A DNA stretch of 64,000 nucleotides, from assembly GCA_016748015.1 (NCBI GenBank), contig JAAOMT010000727.1, positions 282,203 to 346,202 on the forward strand, in the 5' to 3' direction. Of the stretch, positions 37,737 to 48,965 are shown piece after piece. The notes under the pieces are model-generated. The model saw only the letters and a program-made list of their open reading frames with translations. It was not told the origin of the DNA and did not search any database. Source of the DNA: Geosiphon pyriformis uo1 (Eukaryota; Fungi; Glomeromycota). The stretch's first letter is position 1. Each line of letters opens with the position of its first letter. Position numbers and translations under genes: made by a program.

Positions 37737-39104
37737 ATGGACACACTCACTTATCAATGACTACATTAGTACCTATCGACACTATGTTTCAAGGAGATAT
37801 TATCTCAACAGGAATAAAGTACCATACAAAAACAAGCCTGAAATTATTTTATTCAAGACAACCAACTATATTGATGAGAATGCCGAAACCACCCCAACTC
37901 ACAACAACTAATCAAGGACAGTGAAAGAGAAACTATACTATATAGCATGCACTCAGATCCGACTGCAAGACACTTTAACAAAGATGCTACCCTCAAAAGA
38001 ACACTAAACTTATATTATTGACCAATGATGTACAAAGACATTTTCAAATATGTGCTTAATTGTGACGCATGTCAGTGAAGAGGAGAAGCAAGATCAACAG
38101 AACCACTTTGACTCATTCCAGTTGGAAATCTATTTGATAGAATCGGGATCAACTTGGTTGGACTTCTTTCAATTACATTCCAAGGAAATTACTATATCGC
38201 TGTAGTCATACACTATCTTACAAAATGGCCAAAAGCTAGAGCAATCCAAGTGGCCAACGCCAAAACAGTAGCCAAATTTGTGCATCAAGACCTAATTTGC
38301 TAACATGGATGTCCAAAAGAATTATTATCTGATCAGGAAACACACTTTGTTAATAATATGCTGACTGAACTAAGCCAATGGTTTGGAATAAAGAGACTCT
38401 TATTGTCACCATACTACTTACAAACAAATGGACTGGTAGAACAATTTAACAGAACACTGTGCAAAGCACTAGCAAAAATAAGTCATGAAAACAAACAAGA
38501 ATGGGACTTATTTATACCTTTTGTACTCTTTGCATACTGAACATTGAAACAAAATATGACTCAATTCACACCATTCAAACTAGTCTATGAAAGAAAAGCT
38601 ACGTTACCAATTGAATGAGTAATACTATTATACCCAACAGAAACAATCAATGAAGAGAATTTTGAAGCTACCTTACACCAAAGAATATACCAGTTAATGG
38701 AAATGTTGGAAAACAATCAAAGAACAGCAGCTGACAATATTAGTCATGCTCAAGAACGACAAAAAGAAAAACATAATAAACACCTATCAGAGCAACCAAT
38801 GGAATTCAAGATTGGAGACCAAGTACTGTTACATTGTACAAAAGCTAAGAAACAGTGAAATGAAAAGTTCGACCCAAAGTGGGATGGTCCATTCCACATA
38901 CACAAAGTGTTAGGAAATGGAGCTTACAAATTATGATTGGAAAACAGGATTTTAAAGAAAGTAGCACATGGAAATTGGTTAAAAATTTATCATGAAAAAC
39001 AGGAATCATTGTCATCAGTACTTCAACTAGGAACACAAATTTCATTAATCAAACCAAAAAATATACCACGAGATCTGAAACCAATTATTGTCATCAAAAT
39101 GTAG
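37737..39104 (+). pseudogene. Element D integrase (separate ORF)
   Basis: ATG at 37737, 10 nt after the pol stop and in another frame; CDAC, SDQE, NGLVEQFNRTL, KWDGPF. Confidence 0.9.
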
Positions 39105-39184
39105 ACAATGGGCAGCAAATTAAATTGGGGAATTCAAATATATATAGTATTCAAAAAGCAGTAAGAAACAATAGAAATTTCAAC

Positions 39185-39919
39185 ATGGACCTTTCAGATC
39201 AAATTTTAAAATTATCTAAACAATTATTTGAAACAATTCAAAAATTGACATTTCAAATAGAAATAACAATTGATAAAAAAGAGATACGGTACAAAGATAA
39301 AAGCAGGAGAGGGGAGGACAAGAGTTCAATTAGAACTAAACATTCCCTCCCTCATCCACCACCCAAAAGACAATGTGGGAGGAAAAATTGTCTTCAGACA
39401 GGAGGTGGAAAAAAAGAAGGCAAAGAATGAGAAAAAGGTTACAAAAGAAGATACTTGGTTCTCAAGCTCAAAAAAATAAAAGAAGCTTTAGCTTGTGGGA
39501 CTGAACTCCCTGAAACAGGGGAGTGAACACCTGACAATGTTCAAGAATAGAAAGAAAGACTTCCTCCAGCTTATTAGTTCTACAAAATTGGAGAACAGCT
39601 TGACTTGAAAACACCATATGAAGACCTCAGCCAGAAAACATTCAACAAAGAAGCAATACAACAAGTAGAAAATTTCATAGGGAAAAATAATCTGACCCTA
39701 CATTACAAAGCAGCATACTGACTATACGCCACCTTCCAATATTGCCCAAACATACTACTGAACAGATCTATGAAAACCATAACAGTTAACAACATAGAAT
39801 AAATAATCAATCAACAGTTCAAAGACCTACAAAAGACAATACTCAAGGCAACAATCGAACATTACACAAATGAAGCCATGATAACAAATATATATAGTTT
39901 CACAGGAGCTCAATTTTAA
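39185..39919 (+). pseudogene. Element D ORF3
   Basis: MDLSDQILKLSKQLF...PAY*FYKIGEQL...HYKAAY*LYATFQYC...FTGAQF*. Confidence 0.72.
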
Positions 39920-39933
39920 AAAGAGAGGGATAA

Positions 39934-41019
39934 TATTATCTGAGTAGAAAAACTGATCCAAAGTTATAAAGAAACGTGACCAAAACATGACATAACACAG
40001 AATAACGCACAATAATGTTGGATAACGTGTTATAATGTAGGATAACATATTATAACACAGGATAACACAGAATAATGTGCAATAACATAGGATAACATGT
40101 TATAATGCAGAATAACACAGAATAACATGTAATAACATCAGATAATGTGTTATAACATAGGATAACTAGTGATAACATAGAAAAATGAAGCAATAACAAA
40201 AACAACAAAAAAATAGCTAGCAATAGCAAAACAATTGAAAGCAATCCTGTAAAACCAAAAGAATGTATAAAAGCAAGCAGTTATAGAAGTAAGAAAAGAC
40301 AGACAGATAGATACAAATCTCTAGACAAGAATTAAATATCTATACCCCTTCATCTTTTATTATCTTCCCTATTTCATCTCCTAAAATAAACCAATTATTA
40401 AAAGAAATCAGAATCATGAATTCATGTTCTCGAACTTCATAGAATTTACATGAATTAACCCTTGTCTCGTATTTCCATTCTAGGACAAATGCTTTTAGCA
40501 TAACTGCCTCAAACCTATTAACAATTTGGACCAATCACTCTTGATCATGGCAATTGACAATACTAATTTATTTTTTCTCTCTTTTTTTTTCTTTTCTTTT
40601 TTTTCTTTTTTTTTCTTTTTCTGTCTTATTTTTGTGGAGTAGCAACATAGTAAAATTGACTGTTTAGAAATAGACTTCGTGATAGCCTGGTAAAAGAGGG
40701 AAGCTTTTTTTAAGTTTTGGATATTAACATTATCTTGTTAGCTTACCAAAAGAGCGAAAAGACAATGTCAGACCCTAATGACTGCACTTGTTAGCTCGGA
40801 AAAGAAAGCTTACATTTACAAAAAATGTTGCAATCAATGAAAGACAAATTCTGTGCCTTATAACCAAAGAATTCAATAGGTAAATTCACATCCAGGAATA
40901 GATCTTCAGAGATTGATAATTAAGACTAAAGCCAACAGAATTATGCAGAAGACGCATCATCAATAATTAAGAGCACCAAATGTTATCATTTCCCATACCC
41001 ACCAAGTTTACCTGTAACA
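39934..41019 (+). repeat. 3' LTR of D
   Basis: Direct repeat of 30870-31935. Confidence 0.94.
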
Positions 41020-41023
41020 TTGC

Positions 41024-44000
41024 CATATGGGAGTCAAGGTGCTACACTAAAGCAGTATAAGACCAATCCACATCACCACGTAAACTGTTATTAATAACAT
41101 TAAAATCAGAACCAACCTCCTAATAAGCACAATTAATAGACCTAAAAATTTTACAAGCAAAATGATGAACATTTTTAGACACTGCCAGTCTTGATAAATC
41201 TCTCCTTAACCAATACAAGAAGTGCCAAAGTAGAACCCACAGCCAGACTGGCTAATTTGTTAACACGCTCATTACTTATAACACCCAAGTGCCTTTTAAT
41301 CTTGTACCAAGAAACATCAAGCTGCTTTCTTTTAATTAAATTAAAAATGCTATACCATTCCATTCAGCAGTGGTTGTGGAAGTCTGAAAACACCAGAGCT
41401 GATTCAGCCATACAAGCATCCAGAACAGCTTGACTGTCTGAATAAACCACTACTGAACTGTTAGGAGGAACACACTCCAAAGCCAAAGCAATTGCTTGCA
41501 ATTCTACCATAGTCAAAAACACTAATCCACCAACCTTAGCACCAATACCCAAATCCAAATTAGAGAAATAAACAGCAGCACCACATTTTATTTCACATGA
41601 ACCTAAATCCCTTAACAATCTATTTGTGTAAACACTAATAACTCTTATATCTGTAGAAGAGAGACATTGACTCATAGTCTGTAAACTTTCAACATGCAAA
41701 TTATCAGAAAGAGAAAAACAATCCAAAAAGTCACAAGGCAAAGTGAACCAACGAGAAACAAACCCCCTTGGATCAAGTCTTTTCCAATGTCAAAAGCTCT
41801 TCCAATCGAAAACCAAACCTTTTTTGGTATACAACTGCTTGGCAAAGACAACCCCAAACCTTTTAAGAGAAGAAGAAACATCATAAAACAAAGAAGCTTC
41901 CAGAACTGTAAACATCAGCATCCCACCAAACAAGCAGAATGCAGAAACAGAGAGATTGTTAAAGAACATGTTATAGTCCAAAAAAATCTTAATAATACCT
42001 GCCAAAAAATTATTAACTGGACTGACATGCAACTTAACTGGACAATATAGAGAGTGAATAGGTGACCAACTCAAAACCTGAAGATTCAGAGACCTATGAT
42101 TGAACAAATGACAAAAAACACCACTAGTATTTAAAAAACACAGCACAGAAGCCACTTTGCAACTGCTTAAAAGATTTCAAGCCATACAAAAACAGATGGT
42201 GAAGAGTCTCATTGGGAAAGTCTCTCAGAAGTCCAGTCTTAAGTTTCAACCCCCTTTTAATCAACATATTCCACCTCATACACACATTCCTAGAAATAAA
42301 GCTGAACTGAATTCTATAACTAACAATGGGTTGCAATATAGCAGATACTAGATAAAGAAACTGCTTGTCCAAAATAGTCTTCTTTAGAACCAAATTGATA
42401 AAAAACCTGACGTCCGTATGCACTTTAGCCAAACTGGGTTTGAACAAACTCTCAGATAATAAATAAATGTCAAAGTACTGATGAGACTCTTTCTTGCAAG
42501 CAACTGAAATCAGCAGACCACTAATTGACAATGATGCATCACTAATCTTTTGATTGATAGGAATGGCCACAGTTTTTTCATTATTAATCAAAATGTTATT
42601 CACCATAAAGAATTTACTTGCTATATCCAAAATATACTGAGTAGCAGTCTAACTACTACTCACCCAAATAGTGTCATTAACAAATGCACCAACAGCTAGA
42701 AATAAAGTCAAACTGCCTTGGTTTTCCACTCTACTTGTCTTAGCAACAAATTTAGTATCAATTCAGTATTCATACAAACTTTCCTGCCTTTTGACCTCAC
42801 ACAAAAGAGGATTGTAAAAGATTCTTCACAGCAAAAGAGAGAAAACCTCATCCTGGTCAAGACCATCATGTACTTAGTACTTATTAGTCAGACCAAAATC
42901 AGTTATAACTCAATTAACATGGTCATTATGAATAGAACCAAAAAATTTAATAAAACACCTGCACATTTTGATCTAAACCAAACTATTATGCAAATAATGC
43001 CAATTCACAGAGTTATAGGCTTTATGTATATCTTGTAGCACTAGCCAAAGTTCATGATCCTTCTTCAAAGCATCTTTAACAACTGAACCAATGGCAAAAA
43101 TAGGAGACTAAGTAGTAATGCTCTTAAGCACAGAAAAATTGTCTCCATGAAAAACATTGAATAGATCACATGCTGACAAAATCCTGTCAGACAACAACTT
43201 AAAAAGAATCTTACAAGCAGTCTCAATTAAAGCAATTGGTCTAGTATTTGTTAAAATACCCTTCCACTCATAGGGCTTAGGAATCATCAACACTCAAGCT
43301 TTTTTCCAACAATGGGGGACTGACTTATACACCAAACAAATGTTTAAAAGATCCAGAAGCCAGCCTAGCACAGATTTATCACAATGTTTCCAAAGCTTAT
43401 TTGAAATACCAGACAAGCCAGCAGTTTTACCATCTGGTAAATTCTTAATCACACATATTAAGTTATCCAAACTAATAGTATTCATCACACCAGAAAAAGC
43501 ATTATCATCAACATAATCTAATGGCAAGTATTGACACTACCACAAATCAGAAACATTTCTCAATACAGCCCTCTTTCTTGTTCAGCCCTCCATTATACCA
43601 TCTACTTTGCTCTTAACTTCCATTGGGTCCAAAATCACATTGCCATCAGAAACCAAATAGTTTAACACCACTTTGCAGAATAGATATTCCAAAACATTAC
43701 AAATTGTGTGGCTTTTGTTAACCACAAAATTCTCCATTCTTCTTTCAATAGCTGATCTAATGCCCAACTTCTTGGTTCACAAAGACTTGGCCAGCTTAAA
43801 GACACAATAAGACCTCCTCACACCATAGAGAGCAAAATGGATATGATCCAAACTTGCACCAGAGCTTATAAAATCCCAAACAACAAAAGCTTTGTCACTA
43901 TCTAGAGAAATCCAGTGTCTTAAAAGAGACTTAAACCAGCCAGAGTTCACTTTGTAAGAAGCCTTGACAATTTTTAAAACCAAAATTTTCAAGTTATGTA

Positions 44001-44986
44001 GCTTGGAAGACTCCTTAATAAACACTTCATTATAACTTTTAAACCATTTTTTTTAATAGCTCTATTAGCTGAAAAAATCATTACTTTGCAAACAATGTCT
44101 CACATAGCATCCAGATCAGAGAACCTCCTGGCTGACCCAAACTTATCCAAGAACATGACAGCATTGGCTGCAGTAGCATCTTTAAATTCACTCTATTTCA
44201 GTTCATCTGCATTTTTGATATCAAACTTCTAATGATTTTTATTTGTCTGCTTGCATAATGAACTCAACTGGATATTAAGCAAACTCTCCAAATCTACAGA
44301 AGCAAAAACAGCTTTGTAATTGGTATTAAAATAGTTCTTAATACTGGCCACACTACTATCAATTATAGCATTGACCAAACTTAAAGAAATAAGAATGTAA
44401 TCGAGAGCTTTAGCAACACACAAGAATTGGTCCATGTAAATATCTTTGCAAATGAACTTTTCTTTAGAAAATCAACTAAACCTAAATCAAAGCACTTCTT
44501 GAAGTTAGCACATTTTCAGGCACTGTTTTTATTGAAATCACCATCCAAAATTACGAAGAAAGATTCATTCACAGCTTTTGCAATCAGAAAGTTGATATAA
44601 CCAGTTTGAGAGAACCAAGTTACTAAAGAGACACCAGCATAAAGCCCCAAAATTAACACTGAAAGTTTATTTTTGAAAAGCAATTTGATAGACAGAAGCT
44701 GACCAGACACTTCTGAAATTTTGCACACATGTCTTGCCAAAGAAAAGTTCATGACAACCACAATGCTAGCACCCAGATAACCAGATTCTAAACCAGAGGT
44801 AAACACTTACATACTATCAAATTTGTTGACAATCCAGGGGTGAACCTTCTCTTTTAACTTTGATTTTGTGAAAATAGAAACTAAATTGTCCTTTTCCTTA
44901 TGCCAACAAATGATATCATTCTGTTTTACAGGATTGTTCATTCCTTTAACATTACAAGTTGCAACTTTCCAGATCTTATTACTCAT
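41024..44986 (-). pseudogene. LINE ORF2 main body: APE endonuclease, RT, RNase H
   Basis: KVATCNVKG, VILDGDFN and LDYIL (APE); NTRPIALI, QDIHKAYNSV, GLDQD and AFVNDT (RT); ELQAIALAL, VYSDSQ and KRHLGVISNERVNKLA (RNase H). Confidence 0.92.
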
Positions 44987-46145
44987 TGAGAAAGAAGAGG
45001 GGTAGAAACCAAACCAGCATTGTTCATTTTAACTAAAAAACTTATAACTGTAATTGAAAGATTGTTCAATGTTTCTTCCATTTTTAAGATAACTATAGGA
45101 TTGAAAACCACCACTCCTACAACAGTCTCACCACCAGTGGCCACACCCAAACTCTCACTTATCACTATATTTGCCTCTTGATTCTGTGATAAAGGGGTCA
45201 CTAATGGCTAACATTCAGGGTTAAGCTGAAAAACTATTGGCTCAGGTGTGTCCAACCTCTTAGCCAGCATGTCAATATGCTCTGCAAGGCTGGTAAAACT
45301 GTGCTCAAGAACAGCAAACCTATCATTCAATTCTAAAAATACCAGCAGAGTAGGCTTTATCTCTAAAGAGGAGCCAGCTTTCAACAAAATATTCTAACCA
45401 GAAGAAGGAGAGAAAGAAGACTTCTCAGCAATTTGTGCCCATGAAACATCACTAAAAGAAACAGGATGAGCAACTGAAGCCGAGCATTTGGCATATATGG
45501 CAGCCAGTCTACTTTTATCTGAGTTCGAGAGAGTTTTTCATAATGAAATACCAAAAGAAACATTCTTCTTTCCACCAATAAGACAGGCCAATAACATGTG
45601 ATCCAATTTCTCACATTCAGCACATTTGGCTGAAACAAAATGAGACCAGCACAAATTGGCCTCTTTTAGAACAGGCATGGTCTTTATAACAGCATCTAAT
45701 GACTCAGCAGAATCAAAACAAACAGTAGTACATCTGGTCTGAATATAAGAAACTAGGTAATGGTCAATTATGCAAGTTTTCCCATCCACTGAAGCAACAT
45801 AATCCCAAATATTATGTGCATTAGTTCTTATTGGCAAAGTGTACAAAAAGGCTTTGTAAACATCTTGTGTATCCCATGATTCTTTGTCCATGTCTGATCT
45901 AGCAACATGCACTGCATCTTTCCCAACCAGAATAGATCATTTTGCTGTGACTAAATCAGCATAATTAATCTGTTCAAATTCAACCACCGCTTTTTGCCAC
46001 AACTCCACCAATTGCATTTTAATTGAATTAATTAATCCGAACTTGGATAGCACAGCATACACAGCCTCTGTTGATGTTTCAATTGGAATTTTTTTCAACA
46101 CCACAGCCTGATTTGAATGTCTAGATGATTTTTTGAGATTGGTGT

Positions 46146-47718
46146 TAATACGGAATGGTTTTCTTGTTATATTTAATTGCTGATATCCCGCTTTAATTGC
46201 AATCAGTCTTTCGTGAGTTCCTCAATTCTATTTGTGTGATAATGTCACTGTTACACTGAAGGCTTTCTTTTTACTGTTGCGATGTAAGTTATTCTTTAAT
46301 TCTTGATTGTTGTGTGTGTTTATGTACTTCTTCTCAGAGGCTGAACTGAAATCTACCCACTGTCTGGGGTCTTCTCTGAGGCTATCCTTGCAATTGCCTG
46401 ATGTGTTTCTCTAATCTAGAAACACAGAATGTTAATGGTCTTTAGCACTTTTCTAATTCTCACAATAAAGCTTTTATCAATTAGTAACAACGTGAATAAT
46501 CTTGATCAAGGATTATTCTTCCAAGGGATTCAGTTGATGAATGATAGTTTTATTCAATAAATAATACAAGTAAGTTTCTTAATACTTTGGGTTGTGATAG
46601 TTCAGTTTTAAATATTCTTTTTCATTTCTTTTTGATTTTAAAGGTTTCTTGGGATATTTAATTTAAAAGTATGATTTAAAGTGGAGTTTGTTGGATAAAA
46701 TTGGATCTATTGCTTGATAAGTTATGATTTTTATTACTTGATTTTTTTCTTTCCCAATATTAAAACTACTGTATATATACATGTTTGTAGTTCTACGAGA
46801 AAATACTTTCTTTTTGATATTTCAATCTGGTGCTTGCTGCTATCACCAGTTGGTGTTGGCTGCTATTGTGAACTGGTGCTTGCCACTATCGCGAGATGGT
46901 GTTTGCTACTATGTTAATCATTACCTTTCTAAGATTATTACTGTGCTATATTATGATTGNNNNNNNNNNNNNNNNNNNNAAAATAATTTTCTGACCACAG
47001 CCAGTTTCTCTTGAGACAATTTCCCAGTAATCTTATCTAAACCAATATCCAAAGCAAAAAATTTGCAAACAAAAACATTGACCAAATTTTTAACAGGTGG
47101 GGAGAGTTCTAGTGAGGTATTGTTACCAGTAGAATTTTAGCTATTAATTAGCATGAAATTTCCTTTATAATTCCTATCATTAATTAGCATATATTATTAT
47201 CGTTTCGAATTTCACTTATTATTTAATCAAATTAGCAATTATCATCATTTAATCAATAACCCGTTTTGGACCATAGAAATTGAGATGATCAATTTACACA
47301 ATACCCTGAACCATATAACATAGCCAAAATTCGCCGAAATTAATGAAAATTGGCCGAAATAATTCATAGTTCAGCGAAATAACTTGTAGTTCGCCGAAAT
47401 GTATCTTTAGTTCACCGAAATTCTAGAAAAAAGAAAAAGTGCAAGTTCAAAGACTAGTACTACAACAAGTTGTATAAAAGAAGAGCTTCTCTCTTCAAGA
47501 AAATGTATCTCNNNNNNNNNNNNNNNNNNNNTCTGGTGCTTGCTGCTATCACCAGTTGGTGTTGGCTGCTATTGTGAACTGGTGCTTGCCACTATCGCGA
47601 GATGGTGTTTGCTACTATGTTAATCATTACCTTTCTAAGATTATTACTGTGCTATATTATGATTGAATAGTTTGTATTATTTTTATGATTCTTTTTGCTA
47701 AATTCTTAAACCGTAACA
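46146..47718 (-). mobile_element. Solo LTR E (true length about 0.87 kb; inflated by gaps and a misplaced contig)
   Basis: TAATACGG...CCGTAACA with TSD GTGT (46142-46145 and 47719-47722); homologous to 15707-16547. Confidence 0.8.
46960..47665. other. Scaffold gaps with duplicated sequence (assembly artefact)
   Basis: 20 Ns at 46960-46979 and 47512-47531; 46980-47510 copies 47852-48382 and 47532-47665 copies 46826-46959. Confidence 0.9.
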
Positions 47719-47992
47719 GTGTTTACCAAAATCTTTGCTTCTTCAGCCTTTTTTGAAGCCTGCACCAAACTCAATTCAGAAGTGAATGTTGCTCTGATGA
47801 TCCCAGCAAATTTTGAGGGGGTAGAGGCCCTCCCAAAACCATTGACTTTTGAAAATAATTTTCTGACCACAGCCAGTTTCTCTTGAGACAATTTCCCAGT
47901 AATCTTATCTAAACCAATATCCAAAGCAAAAAATTTGCAAACAAAAACATTGACCAAATTTTTAACAGGTGGGGAGAGTTCTAGTGAGGTAT

Positions 47993-48965
47993 TGTTACCA
48001 GTAGAATTTTAGCTATTAATTAGCATGAAATTTCCTTTATAATTCCTATCATTAATTAGCATATATTATTATCGTTTCGAATTTCACTTATTATTTAATC
48101 AAATTAGCAATTATCATCATTTAATCAATAACCCGTTTTGGACCATAGAAATTGAGATGATCAATTTACACAATACCCTGAACCATATAACATAGCCAAA
48201 ATTCGCCGAAATTAATGAAAATTGGCCGAAATAATTCATAGTTCAGCGAAATAACTTGTAGTTCGCCGAAATGTATCTTTAGTTCACCGAAATTCTAGAA
48301 AAAAGAAAAAGTGCAAGTTCAAAGACTAGTACTACAACAAGTTGTATAAAAGAAGAGCTTCTCTCTTCAAGAAAATGTATCTTCTCATATCTTACCATAG
48401 TATCTTACTTTAGGTATCTTAATTAGAACAAATCACTTTTTTACATATCTCAAATAAAAATTAAATATTCGAAAACCAAATCCTTTGATTATTACACTTG
48501 AAATTCCCTCAACACAACTAACATTTTGAAATTGATTAGCTACCAATTTCAGTAATCTGTTAGTGACTCCAGGCCTGGATAGAAAACGTTTCCTTGACAA
48601 AATTCTATTTCTTTACGTTTCTTTTATTTTTCTCTTTCTTTTCTTATCATAATCATTTGGGTAGCCTACAGACGAGATTCCTGTAGAAGAGTTGACTTTC
48701 ACAGCAAAGTAACTACACATTTTTTAGTGAGCTTCCAGACGAGCAATTCCTGGGAAAGAGTTGACGTTTACTACAACGTAACTACATAAAGTAACTGGCA
48801 CGGAATTGGCCATTCCACTTATAAGCCCAGCGGTTCAAATTATAGGAGATAATTTGAAGATAAATTCAGTTACTGGAGGTTCAACCACATCCAGAAAAAC
48901 GTGAATTCACAGCAAACAAGCATCAACAACATTTAAAAAAAAGAGACCAAAAACCTCCGGTAACA
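47993..48965 (+). mobile_element. Solo LTR F (family of A and C)
   Basis: TGTTACCAG...CCGGTAACA, TSD GTAT (47989-47992 and 48966-48969). Confidence 0.93.

Larger units (their letters stand above)
30870..41019 (+). mobile_element. Full-length Ty3/Gypsy element D (distinct LTR family)
   Basis: LTRs 30870-31935 and 39934-41019; TSD TTGC (30866-30869 and 41020-41023); PBS TGGTGTTCCCTGTGAGG; PPT AAAAAGAGAGGGA. Confidence 0.95.

Noticed and set aside
46980-47665. Real tandem duplication or extra LTR insertion
   Set aside because: Identical copies bounded by fixed 20-N gaps indicate a scaffolding artefact.
48669-48760. Hammerhead ribozyme (CAGACGAG resembles CUGANGA, with GAAA nearby)
   Set aside because: All copies have CAG rather than CTG, those bases sit in another stem, and no stem II-GAAA-stem III-NUH geometry can be drawn.
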